NCBI GenBank assembly: GCA_964514375.1
Contig: CAZEQH010000003.1
Coordinates: 12-64,011, forward strand
Reading direction: 5' to 3'
From: an uncultured Candidatus Saccharibacteria bacterium
GTDB lineage: Bacteria > Patescibacteriota > Minisyncoccia > Minisyncoccales > JANBVM01
DNA length: 64,000 bases
Made by a program: the position numbers and the translations under genes. Below the pieces are notes generated by a model that did not search any database, was not told where the DNA came from, and saw only the letters and a program-made list of their open reading frames with translations. Shown one piece after another: positions 50,805 to 59,474 of this stretch (position 1 is the first letter of the stretch; each line of letters opens with the position of its first letter).

Positions 50805-51257
50805 GTCCTAGTAAGCTGGGCGATTACTCTTTTGATTATCTAATCAAAAGGGAGGAAAGTCCGAACACTCTCTCATGGCTGGAGCTAATGAGCTTATCTG
50901 CCATGGATAAAAGGGTAGGGGGTAACACCCCCCGGCTGAGAAGCCAGAGGTGCGAGCAGAGACGCCACGGTTCGAAAGAACTGAGGTATCCGATTACGGA
51001 TAAGCTGCCTATAAATGACCGCTCTGCGGGCAGGAAATGGCAGGTGAAACGGCTAAATCCTTATCGAGTGCAAGAACAAACCTCTGACAGGAAAAGGATA
51101 ACCATGTGTACCCAAAAGGTGCTTATATCCTACCTGCTGAGGGAAAAGTAGTTCGCAGGAGCCGTGAGGAGACTCGCGGCCAAGATAAATGATCGCCTAT
51201 CTCTTAGATTTATTCTGAGAGAAAACAAAATTCGGCTTATAGGCTTACTAGGACATC
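50805..51257 (+). ncRNA. rnpB: RNase P RNA (bacterial type)
   Basis: P1 pairing GTCCTAGTAAGC (50805..) with GCTTACTAGGAC (..51254). Conserved GGAGGAAAGTCCG (50851..50863) and ACAAAATTCGGCTTATAG near the 3' end. The ORFs 50732..51151 and 51164..51502 are therefore spurious. Confidence 0.85.
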
Positions 51258-51286
51258 AAAAAAACCCACTGGTAGTGGGCTTTTTT
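51258..51286. terminator. Bidirectional intrinsic terminator (rnpB / rnhA convergent)
   Basis: AAAAAAA-CCCACT-GGT-AGTGGG-C-TTTTTT. Confidence 0.75.
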
Positions 51287-51304
51287 GGTTGCCGCACGAT
51301 ATTG

Positions 51305-51748
51305 TTAGAAAAGTTTATTTTCCTTCTCCTTTTCATCCAGAGCTTCGTTGACCAAGGCGTCTGCCTCCTTATTCTTTTCCCGCGAGACCTGCCTGAAAGA
51401 TACCTTCTGAAAATCCAATTTCAAATTCCACAGCTCAATAAAGAGTTTCTGAATTTTCTCATCCAGGATTTTATATTCCCCTTTGAGCTGTTTTACCAGT
51501 AGTTCGGAATCTGATGTTACAGTTATTTCGCTGGCCTTGGCCATTTTTTTCCCGAAGAGGTGCTTGAATTTCTGTAAGCCGAAAATAACCGCCTGATATT
51601 CCGCCTCGTTATTAGTCAGTCCTTCGCCCAGATATTGGGAATACTTTTTGAAAAACTGCCCCTTTTCGTTGCAAAAAACAACGCCCGCTGCTGCGGGACC
51701 AGGGTTTCCTCTGGAACCTCCGTCGGTGTATATTGTTATTTTCTTCAT
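51305..51748 (-). CDS. rnhA: Ribonuclease HI
   Basis: IYTDGGSRGNPGPAAAG and NNEAEYQAVI motifs, with the catalytic D/E/D pattern. Confidence 0.85.
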   Translation of the reverse strand: MKKITIYTDGGSRGNPGPAAAGVVFCNEKGQFFKKYSQYLGEGLTNNEAEYQAVIFGLQKFKHLFGKKMAKASEITVTSDSELLVKQLKGEYKILDEKIQKLFIELWNLKLDFQKVSFRQVSREKNKEADALVNEALDEKEKENKLF

Positions 51749-51852
51749 AAGTTCTTTATAAGATATTTCTTGAAAAGTTCTTTATAAGACAATTCTTGAA
51801 AAGTTCTTTATAAGATATTTCTTGAAAAGTTCTTTATAAGACAATTCTTGAA
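51749..51852. repeat. Perfect tandem duplication 2 x 52 bp (four 26-bp sub-repeats)
   Basis: 51749..51800 is identical to 51801..51852. Each copy is AAGTTCTTTATAAGATATTTCTTGAA + AAGTTCTTTATAAGACAATTCTTGAA, which differ at 2 positions. The distal copy encodes the last 14 codons and the stop of the DHH gene. The proximal copy fills the whole gap up to the rnhA ATG. Confidence 0.95.
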
Positions 51853-52959
51853 ATCTTCGAGATTACCATTTTTTATTCTGAAGCCGGAAGCTGCCGGATG
51901 ACCGCCGTAAGTAAGAACATACTCTTCGCACTTTTTCATAAGAGCTACGCTGTCAACGTCTTTAGGAACCCTCACCGTCCCCTGGCTTTCACTCTCCAGC
52001 ATCTTATAGATAAAAGTAGGTTTTGCAAATTCCCTGCATACTATAGAGGCAACTGAGGAGATAAGGGGATATTCCCATTCATAATCCCCTTCAAATATTA
52101 TGGGGCCTTTTTTCATAGCTAACCTTTTTTTCACCTCCAGAACGGTGTTCTCTATTTTTGCTTTCCTCTCTGCGTTTTTTTTCCTCAAGTCAAGGATTAT
52201 CTCCCGGGCCTTTTCTTCCGAAGAAACCGTTAACAGCCGGAAAGACGAAGGGAATCCCTGCTCCACATCCCTGACATTTAGAATGGAAATTATTTTATAA
52301 ACCTTCTGGTTGAGTTCGTATTTCTGCAAGAAATCAGCCGAGAATAAGGCCTTAATGCCCGGTCTCCAGGAATCTTTTAGATAATCCAGACCTTCCTCTA
52401 TAAACAACTCGTTTTCGTCCTCCTTGGGCATCATATCCGCCATGGTGGCCAGAGCCGTAAGCTCTATGAGGCTTTTCCTAAGACCGGCGCCCATCGCCTC
52501 TCCAAGCAGGGCTTCTGCGAGCTTGAAAACTACGCCGGCTGCGGCCAATTCCTTAAAGGGGTAATTGTCTCCCGGCTGTTTTGGGTCAACCACTATATCC
52601 GCCTCCGGGATGCGGTCCAAAATTTCGTGATGGTCCACCACTATCACGCTGAACCCCATCTGTCTGGCTTTTTTTATTTCAGTAAAATTACCTATACCGC
52701 AGTCAACAGTAATAAGGAGAGACGGGGCAAGTTTACCCAGGATACTGAGGGCATTCCCGGTAAGTCCGTATCCCTCCTTTTCCCTGTCGGGAAAATAAAT
52801 AGCAGAGATTTCTCCGCCTAAAGTCTTAATCGCCTCCTCTAATATGATAACTGAAGTTACACCGTCCAGGTCCGCATCTCCATAAAGGATTATTCTTTCT
52901 TTATTATCCTTCGCGGCCTCCCGAATGCGCTCCGCAGCTTTCTTCAGGTTCTTAATCAT
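51808..52959 (-). CDS. DHH/DHHA1 phosphoesterase (short RecJ-like / NrnA-like)
   Basis: ILYGDADLDGVTS, DCG, VVDHH and GGHPAASGF motifs. Confidence 0.8.
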   Translation of the reverse strand: MIKNLKKAAERIREAAKDNKERIILYGDADLDGVTSVIILEEAIKTLGGEISAIYFPDREKEGYGLTGNALSILGKLAPSLLITVDCGIGNFTEIKKARQMGFSVIVVDHHEILDRIPEADIVVDPKQPGDNYPFKELAAAGVVFKLAEALLGEAMGAGLRKSLIELTALATMADMMPKEDENELFIEEGLDYLKDSWRPGIKALFSADFLQKYELNQKVYKIISILNVRDVEQGFPSSFRLLTVSSEEKAREIILDLRKKNAERKAKIENTVLEVKKRLAMKKGPIIFEGDYEWEYPLISSVASIVCREFAKPTFIYKMLESESQGTVRVPKDVDSVALMKKCEEYVLTYGGHPAASGFRIKNGNLEDFKNCLIKNFSRNIL

Positions 52960-54109
52960 CTGAATTTAACGCTGCAATGCCAGGCAGTTTATCTCCGGCC
53001 AAAAATTCCAGCATGGCCCCTCCTCCAGTCGATAGAAAGTCGAATCTGCCGGTCATACCAAACTGGTCAATGGCAGAAACCGTCTCCCCGCCGCCCGCCA
53101 CTTTAAAAGCAGAATGATTTCTGGTAATCGCCTCTGCTATATCCCTGGTCCCCTTTTCAAACCTCTCATCTTCGTGCATACCCAGAGAACCGTTCCATAA
53201 AATGGTTTTAGCGGATTCTATTATCCTTTTGAAAATTCTTCTGGTATAGGGGCCTATATCGTAAACCGCCTCCTCCTTCCTCAAGGTGCCCAACCCGGCT
53301 TCACGATAATATTTTTCTTTCGGGTCTTTGAGTGCTATCACCCCGTCCACAGGCAAGTGAAGTTTCGGATCCATAATATCAATCTCGTCCAGCATCTTTA
53401 TACCGGAAACGTCCCGGCCAATGATTATCTTCTTCTCGGCAAACAGTATCTCGCCTAGTTTACTCCCCAGGAGCACGTGGTCTGCTATCTTCAGGATGTT
53501 GAGGATAGTCTTTATCTTGGTTTCAATCTTTATCCCCCCGATGACGGCCACAAAGGGATGTTCTGGTTTTTCCAACAGAGACGTAAAGATTTCAATTTCT
53601 TTTTCCAGTAAAAAGCCCGGCGCCTTCATACAGGGAAAATTATTAGCTACCCCTACTATTGAGGCATGCGCTCTGTGGCAGGCCGAGAAGGCCTCATTAA
53701 CATAAACATCTCCCATTTTCGATATTTCTCTGGCAAACACCGCCTCGTTTGCCTTCTCTCCATCATGAAATCTTAAATTTTCAAGCAGAATTACCTGACC
53801 AGGTTCCATTTTCCTCGTTGTTTCCAAAGCTCCTTTGCTTGGATAGTCGTCGATGAACCCCACCCTTAACTTCAGCAACTCCTCAAGTCTGGGCAGAATG
53901 TACTGCAGGCTTACCTTCTTATCCCTGGTTTCCAAATGGCTCATCAAGATAACCTTAGCTTTCTCCTTTATCAGGTACTGTATGGTAGGAAGCGCCTTAA
54001 CCATTCTAAAATCATCTAGAATCTTGTTATCATCAGAGAGCGGGAGATTGAAGTCGCACCTCACCAGTGCCCTTTTGTTTTTTACGGCCAAGTCCTTTAG
54101 TTTTTTCAT
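52952..54109 (-). CDS. pgk: Phosphoglycerate kinase
   Basis: RCDFNLPL N-terminal motif and C-terminal STGGGAMLEFLAG. Confidence 0.95.
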   Translation of the reverse strand: MKKLKDLAVKNKRALVRCDFNLPLSDDNKILDDFRMVKALPTIQYLIKEKAKVILMSHLETRDKKVSLQYILPRLEELLKLRVGFIDDYPSKGALETTRKMEPGQVILLENLRFHDGEKANEAVFAREISKMGDVYVNEAFSACHRAHASIVGVANNFPCMKAPGFLLEKEIEIFTSLLEKPEHPFVAVIGGIKIETKIKTILNILKIADHVLLGSKLGEILFAEKKIIIGRDVSGIKMLDEIDIMDPKLHLPVDGVIALKDPKEKYYREAGLGTLRKEEAVYDIGPYTRRIFKRIIESAKTILWNGSLGMHEDERFEKGTRDIAEAITRNHSAFKVAGGGETVSAIDQFGMTGRFDFLSTGGGAMLEFLAGDKLPGIAALNSDD

Positions 54110-55782
54110 TGTTCCTCCTTTTTAAGCGCCTTAACTAAGGCTTTTTTAAGCTCGTCTATGTCAACCTTCTTCTTGGGTTTTTTGACGGGCTTTTCCTTTT
54201 CTGATTTATTTTTGGAAGGGGAAAAGGATACCGGTTCCAACTGGCTGGCTTTCTCCAGAGAAATGGTGCTTACATTCTCCTGCTGTTCTATCTTTTTGAG
54301 ACAGGGCTTACAGTATACCGGCCTGACCCCATCCGGCTTGAAAGTAACCTTGGTATCTTTTCCGCACATAGCACACTGGGCGTCGTAGAGAGTGATCTGC
54401 CTTTCCGGAACAGTTTTTACCTGTTTAGCTGAAGAGACCGGCTTCTTTTCTTCAATCGTCTCTTCCATCAGAACTCCGCTCCAGCGGTTTATCTTATCTT
54501 CCACCAGTCCTCTTTCTACTCCATACCTTTCCCTGGAAACCTTGATAATTTTTTCCGTGCTGGAAGGTTCTGTCACGGCGAACGGCGGCAGGGTCTTGGC
54601 GGAAAACGGGCGGCCGGCTATACCGTCCACCATTAATTTAATATAGACGTTGTATTTTCCTAAATTCACCAAATCCTCTGCCGTCAGTTCGGGAATGAAT
54701 TCCTTCTCCAAATATTCTGCATCTTCCGCTCCCACTCTGAAAGTGATAATAGTGCCTACATTTCCGAAAATCGCATCCCTTACCCTGGTGCTTCTTCCGT
54801 TAGGCGTCATCTCCTCAAGCTGGGCAATATATTGGTTGGCTAACGTTAAAGAAAGCCTGTATTTTCTTGCTTCAGACAGTATGGAAGCAAAAGCCTCGGT
54901 GGCGAAATTTTGAAATTCGTCCACATACAGGAAAAAATCCTTTCTTTTCGCCTCCGGTATGTCAACACGGGACATGGCGGCCAACTGGAGTTTGGTAATC
55001 AAAAGAGCTCCCAACAGCTTGGAATTATCCTCTCCCATCTTTCCCTTGGAAAGATTGGCAATAAGAATCTTGCCGTCATCCATCATCTTCCTCATGTCGA
55101 TCTTAGACTTCACCTGGCCGATGATGTTCCTTATCAATGGATTGGCAATGAGCTGGCCTATTTTGTTCTGAATGGCGGCGGTCGCCTCCACTTCGTACCT
55201 CTGGGTATAGCGGGCGAATTCATTCACCCAAAAAGATTTTACCACAGGGTCTCTTATCTTCTGCACTATTTTTTTACGGAATTCCGCGTCAGCCAGCATC
55301 CTGTTAACTCCCAACAACGTTGAGTTAGGATACTCCAGAAGGGCCATAATGGCGTTGCTTAAGATATATTCCATCCTGGCTGACCACACGTCCGGCCACA
55401 TCTTCTTGAATACCTCCATCAGTCCTGAAGAAACCAAGTGCTTGTATTCCGAACCCACATTTTCCATAACATTAAAAGCAATGGGATACTTTATGTCAGA
55501 CGGATTAAAATAAACAACATCGTTTATCCTGCTGGAAGGTATGGAGTTTAAAACTTCTTCTGCCGCCTCACCGTGAGGGTCAATAAAACCTACTCCCCTC
55601 CCGGCCTTGATGTCCTGGATAATCATGTTGGTTACCATGGCCGTCTTTCCCATGCCTGTTTTTCCCACAACATAAACATGCCGGCGCCTGTCGTCGGCCT
55701 TGATGCCTACACTCTCTTTCTGGTCGCGAAAAGTAGTTTCCGCAAAAAATACTATGGCTTCTTCTTCGTTTTTTTTGGCCAT
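54106..55782 (-). CDS. TraD/VirD4-like (type IV coupling protein / FtsK-HerA superfamily) P-loop ATPase with C-terminal zinc ribbon
   Basis: Walker A VVGKTGMGKTAM and Walker B FFLYVDEFQNF. LTLANQY...TIITFRVG resembles T4CP/TraG-D C-terminal motifs. The tail is CAMCGKDTKVTFKPDGVRPVYCKPC. No TM anchor of its own. Confidence 0.7.
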   Translation of the reverse strand: MAKKNEEEAIVFFAETTFRDQKESVGIKADDRRRHVYVVGKTGMGKTAMVTNMIIQDIKAGRGVGFIDPHGEAAEEVLNSIPSSRINDVVYFNPSDIKYPIAFNVMENVGSEYKHLVSSGLMEVFKKMWPDVWSARMEYILSNAIMALLEYPNSTLLGVNRMLADAEFRKKIVQKIRDPVVKSFWVNEFARYTQRYEVEATAAIQNKIGQLIANPLIRNIIGQVKSKIDMRKMMDDGKILIANLSKGKMGEDNSKLLGALLITKLQLAAMSRVDIPEAKRKDFFLYVDEFQNFATEAFASILSEARKYRLSLTLANQYIAQLEEMTPNGRSTRVRDAIFGNVGTIITFRVGAEDAEYLEKEFIPELTAEDLVNLGKYNVYIKLMVDGIAGRPFSAKTLPPFAVTEPSSTEKIIKVSRERYGVERGLVEDKINRWSGVLMEETIEEKKPVSSAKQVKTVPERQITLYDAQCAMCGKDTKVTFKPDGVRPVYCKPCLKKIEQQENVSTISLEKASQLEPVSFSPSKNKSEKEKPVKKPKKKVDIDELKKALVKALKKEEQ

Positions 55783-55788
55783 GATCGT

Positions 55789-57165
55789 TTATTCTTCCTT
55801 GGGCAAATCGGGAGCCGGTTTCCTCCTGGATTCTATCCTGGACACACCAGGCACGGGTGACACCTCCCATGATGGGAAATGATAAAGAGATGCCATCTCC
55901 TCTATATTCAATATGAACTTTCCCGGTCCCGGTGATCTTGGAAAGTAAGGAGGCACCCTGATAAGATAATTCCTGAATAGTTTTCTCTGTCTCAGATACA
56001 TTCTCCTGGGGCGGAGCAAATTCATAGGCAAAAACCAGGACTTGTGTATCTTGGTGAGATTTATGGCGGGGATCAGGGTGTTCAGGTTTTCTGTGGCATA
56101 ACTTCCGAAAAAGGCAAAAGCCAGCCTAAGCTTGGATTTCTGCCAGTATCCCCTCTTACCTGAAAATACAAATCTGATGTTGGTGGAAAAGCCCGGCTTA
56201 GATATTTTTCTTTCAACCGCCTCAATCGTATCTCGTTCTCCGGGAGTCAACCTCATCTCAGGGGCAAAATATGTTTCCTGAGCGGTCTTTTCCACGGTGG
56301 GAGTCTCGGGCACCTTGCCGGTCACCAGAAAATCCATCGCTTCAAATACCATGGGCCTGAATTTCATTTTTTCCGTACCCCCCGCAGACACCTCTCTCCT
56401 GGCCAGTTTGTCCCTCAACTGTTTGCCGAGATCAATCCAATTGCTCTCATTCTGCGTTAAGGGAGTACAGGTCATTTGTATCCAGAAGTGTTCCTTGGGC
56501 CCCACCACGCTGAGAGCCTCCAAGAGGTTTGCCACCGGATCTATCTTTTGTTCCGGAAGCTCAGTTTCTCTCTCAAAATCTCTATAGGTAAGAAGAGGGT
56601 AGGCGTTTTCTTCGGGTTTATCCTTTAAGAATTTGTAACTTGCTCCCCATAAATCCCAATCCTCGTTAGGAATATCCTGCGGGACGGATTTGGTGTAATC
56701 ATCAACTTGAGTAATCTCAATGCTGGGAAACTCAGCATAAAAAGCGGATTTCACAGAATCTGCATATGCCTCGTGAACCCTGATATAAAAATGAACCTTT
56801 CCCTCAAAGGAAGCTATCTCGAAGGATATGGATGTCTGTATCTGCCCTTCTATCCATTTTTCCCACCAGTCAGGGGGTTGATAGATAGAACTATGCACGC
56901 TGTTCATTACCTTTTCCATGGCCCTCATCGGCTTGGGATTCTCCTTGGGTAATTTTATCTCATATAGAGTGGGCTGGTAAACCGTAACCAGCCAGTTTTC
57001 AATCCTCCACTGCTCCCAGAGAAATAAAAAAGGCTTTTGCAGTGCAAAAGGCAGTAAAAACCACCACCAGTTTCTGATTATCTGCCAGAGAGGCCCGATG
57101 ACCGTATCGATGGCGGTTTGTTGAATTTCAGGATAAATCCCCAACAAAAAAGTAAAAGAAAACAT
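55789..57165 (-). CDS. Membrane-anchored protein of unknown function, translationally coupled partner of the ATPase
   Basis: 458 aa. Trp-rich N-terminal TM segment(s) (IIRNWWWFLLPFAL), then a soluble domain. 6-nt gap to the ATPase and 3-nt gap from the upstream gene. Confidence 0.5.
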   Translation of the reverse strand: MFSFTFLLGIYPEIQQTAIDTVIGPLWQIIRNWWWFLLPFALQKPFLFLWEQWRIENWLVTVYQPTLYEIKLPKENPKPMRAMEKVMNSVHSSIYQPPDWWEKWIEGQIQTSISFEIASFEGKVHFYIRVHEAYADSVKSAFYAEFPSIEITQVDDYTKSVPQDIPNEDWDLWGASYKFLKDKPEENAYPLLTYRDFERETELPEQKIDPVANLLEALSVVGPKEHFWIQMTCTPLTQNESNWIDLGKQLRDKLARREVSAGGTEKMKFRPMVFEAMDFLVTGKVPETPTVEKTAQETYFAPEMRLTPGERDTIEAVERKISKPGFSTNIRFVFSGKRGYWQKSKLRLAFAFFGSYATENLNTLIPAINLTKIHKSWFLPMNLLRPRRMYLRQRKLFRNYLIRVPPYFPRSPGPGKFILNIEEMASLYHFPSWEVSPVPGVSRIESRRKPAPDLPKEE

Positions 57166-57168
57166 CTT

Positions 57169-58146
57169 TTAAGCCTCTTTTATGGTGTATCTACCTTCAG
57201 GGTTTCTTTCAAAGATATTGTTATTGCTTAGGTTCAGCAGTATGGTATTCTTTTTGATAATCCTCTGCTCTAAAACCTTATTGATAATTTCTTTTTTACC
57301 AAGGGGCTGTCCTGACTCTTTTAATACTTTCTCTATCACGTCCTTAACCTGTCCGGGATAATAACCCCATTCCGCAAGGGCGTAGATACCCCTGCCCACC
57401 AAAATAAATCTGTTGTCCTTTATCAGTTCATTATGAACGGTTTGTACGTGCCCCCCGTCTATCATCTGGGCTACCTTGGTAAAATGAAGAGGCCTTCCGG
57501 CCTTCTTTAAAGAGATGTAAGCCTTGTCTTTTACGCCCTTGGGATTGATTTCCGGCCAACGGGCAAGACCGTACAGTCCGGCATCGTTGCTCTGGATATT
57601 GCTGGCTGCCCCAAGATAAGAAGCCAACACCTTCTTGTCCACGGGAACATAGCCTTCAAGCTCAACCAACGGAACCGGCTCCTCTCTTTCTTCCAGTTTT
57701 TTCATCACCTCTTCCACAACTCTTTTGGCATGCAGAAGATTCTCTTTACTCAATATCCACAAATTATGAAAACCGTCTGCTTTATTAAACCTATTAATAT
57801 TACCATCCAGGTTCAAGAGGAAAAAAACCTCGTTTTTGCTGTCCTGGCCTCCCAACTCCTCCAATAGTTCGTTTTCGCTGCGCAGACCGCCGAATTTTTT
57901 TAAGCGCCTTTCAAAGTTTTCAAAAACTTTTTTATATTCTTTAGTATGGGATTTCACCTTCTTTATGGCAGAAACCTCTATCTGTCTTATTCTTTCCCTG
58001 GAAAGTCCAAAACTATTTCCTATAGACTCCAGGGTTTCTTTGGTCTGGCCGCCAAGACCAAAACGGCGAGATAAGATTTCTTTTTCTCGCTTTTTTAAAT
58101 TAGAAAGCAGTTCCGAACATATTTTTAGGTAATCAAATTTATTCAT
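57169..58146 (-). CDS. Sigma-70 region 4-like HTH fused to a HARE-HTH-like domain (DNA-binding protein)
   Basis: N-terminus LSRRFGLGGQTKETLESIGNSFGLSRERIRQIEVSAIKKV (sigma region 4 pattern). The C-terminal half GRPLHFTKVAQMI...FILVGRGIYALAEWGY resembles the HARE-HTH of RpoE-delta. Confidence 0.6.
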   Translation of the reverse strand: MNKFDYLKICSELLSNLKKREKEILSRRFGLGGQTKETLESIGNSFGLSRERIRQIEVSAIKKVKSHTKEYKKVFENFERRLKKFGGLRSENELLEELGGQDSKNEVFFLLNLDGNINRFNKADGFHNLWILSKENLLHAKRVVEEVMKKLEEREEPVPLVELEGYVPVDKKVLASYLGAASNIQSNDAGLYGLARWPEINPKGVKDKAYISLKKAGRPLHFTKVAQMIDGGHVQTVHNELIKDNRFILVGRGIYALAEWGYYPGQVKDVIEKVLKESGQPLGKKEIINKVLEQRIIKKNTILLNLSNNNIFERNPEGRYTIKEA

Positions 58147-58206
58147 GGTTTTGAAAACTTAAAAATTTAATATTGAATGCCCTGTGCAAAAAGACCAGGT
58201 TTCTTT

Positions 58207-58235
58207 ATTTAAACATTTCTTCAAAAAATCGTCAA
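58207..58235 (-). promoter_or_regulatory. Candidate promoter for the sigma-like / membrane / ATPase run
   Basis: On the minus strand: TTGACG (58235..58230), a 17-nt spacer, then TTAAAT (58212..58207). Confidence 0.4.
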
Positions 58236-58251
58236 GGGACTAACCGATTAC

Positions 58252-58917
58252 TCACAGCCCGGAGAGAAGAGCAGAAACTATTCCTACCAAAAAAATGCCG
58301 TCGAACACTCCGGCTCCTCCTATGGAAAGGAGGCCGCCGTATTTTCTTATGTTCCAGAGATTAAGAAGGTCAGCTCCTATTAAGCTTCCCAGGACCCCCG
58401 AGATGAAAGCCGTGGGGGCGGCAAATCCAGGCGCCAATATCATGGAGAAAATGGCAGAAAAGGCAGGAGGAATCAGAGCAGGCAGCATTACTCCCCTGCC
58501 CGGGACCGCTTTGGAAAAGACCCTGCAGATAATAATCATCAATCCCAAGGCAATAAAGACGGGTTTCAGAACAAATCCTTTGATATAAATTTGATAAAGA
58601 AAATATAATGACAAGAGGATGGGAATTACCGCCCCTCCCACATTTATGGCAAGATAACTGGTTTCTACCATAGGAACGCTGAACAATCCAAAGAGCCCCC
58701 TTGATTCGTGCACTGTAACCCTCTCTTTCCTGGTCAGGGGAATGTTAATTAAAGAGCCTATCAGTATCAGAAAAAGAATAATGACGGTGTTGTGCGGAGA
58801 AATGCCCAGGTTAGAAAAACCCACCACGATGATATGAAAATACGCCAGCAGAAGCAGGAATGGCAGGGATAAAGCAAATACAAGGAATAATAGAATGGCT
58901 ATGGGAATAAAAAACAT
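58252..58917 (-). CDS. Polytopic membrane protein (DUF1614-like)
   Basis: 221 aa, 6 or more TM helices with Gly-rich C-terminal helices. The family call is from overall pattern only. Confidence 0.5.
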   Translation of the reverse strand: MFFIPIAILLFLVFALSLPFLLLLAYFHIIVVGFSNLGISPHNTVIILFLILIGSLINIPLTRKERVTVHESRGLFGLFSVPMVETSYLAINVGGAVIPILLSLYFLYQIYIKGFVLKPVFIALGLMIIICRVFSKAVPGRGVMLPALIPPAFSAIFSMILAPGFAAPTAFISGVLGSLIGADLLNLWNIRKYGGLLSIGGAGVFDGIFLVGIVSALLSGL

Positions 58918-58960
58918 AAAGACTCGATGCTAATGACGACTGCTAATTCTGCACCAAAAT

Positions 58961-59455
58961 TTAACCGAATCGCTGCCATTCGGTTTTTTTGCCCGTTCGT
59001 TGATTTTGAGCCATGGCTAATTCATCATAGATTCCATCAATCAATCGGTAGTTTTTTGCTTCTTCAAGGCTCACCCAGGCATACTTGTCTAATTCTTCCG
59101 GTTGTAACGTAATTTCTCCGGAGACATAATCTGCCATACATGATATTACTAAAGACGGACTTCCGTCTCCGTGTACGGTCGCCAGACTAGTAACGTAATA
59201 GATATTGTTTATCTCTATTCCCACTTCTTCTTTTACCTCGCGCCGCAGCGTTCTCTCCAGAACGTTGTACCAATAATGTTCAGTGTCTTTAGGCAGTTTT
59301 AAATAGTCGCTTGTTTCCATTTTACCGCCGGGCACCGTCCACATTCCAGGAAATCTCTTTTTATTTAAAGAACGTCTCGTAATCAAATATTTGCCGTCTT
59401 TTACGATAATGGCGGTAATTACCACTTCGTGCAGATACTGATTGCCTATGTCCAT
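58961..59455 (-). CDS. NUDIX hydrolase
   Basis: Nudix box PGGKMETSDY...LERTLRREVKEEVGI. Confidence 0.85.
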   Translation of the reverse strand: MDIGNQYLHEVVITAIIVKDGKYLITRRSLNKKRFPGMWTVPGGKMETSDYLKLPKDTEHYWYNVLERTLRREVKEEVGIEINNIYYVTSLATVHGDGSPSLVISCMADYVSGEITLQPEELDKYAWVSLEEAKNYRLIDGIYDELAMAQNQRTGKKTEWQRFG

Positions 59456-59474
59456 TTTTTTATTTTATCACTCT

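Noticed and set aside
50732-51502. Two plus-strand ORFs (139 aa and 112 aa)
   Set aside because: They overlap RNase P RNA, which has a consensus promoter, P1 pairing, conserved GGAGGAAAGTCCG and a terminator. They also overlap the antisense of rnhA.
55580-55870. 96-aa minus-strand ORF, and similar same-strand alternative-frame ORFs (13408..13602, 23765..24001, 32741..32941, 38888..39100, 43215..43472)
   Set aside because: They are fully nested in other frames of strongly supported genes and have no independent support.
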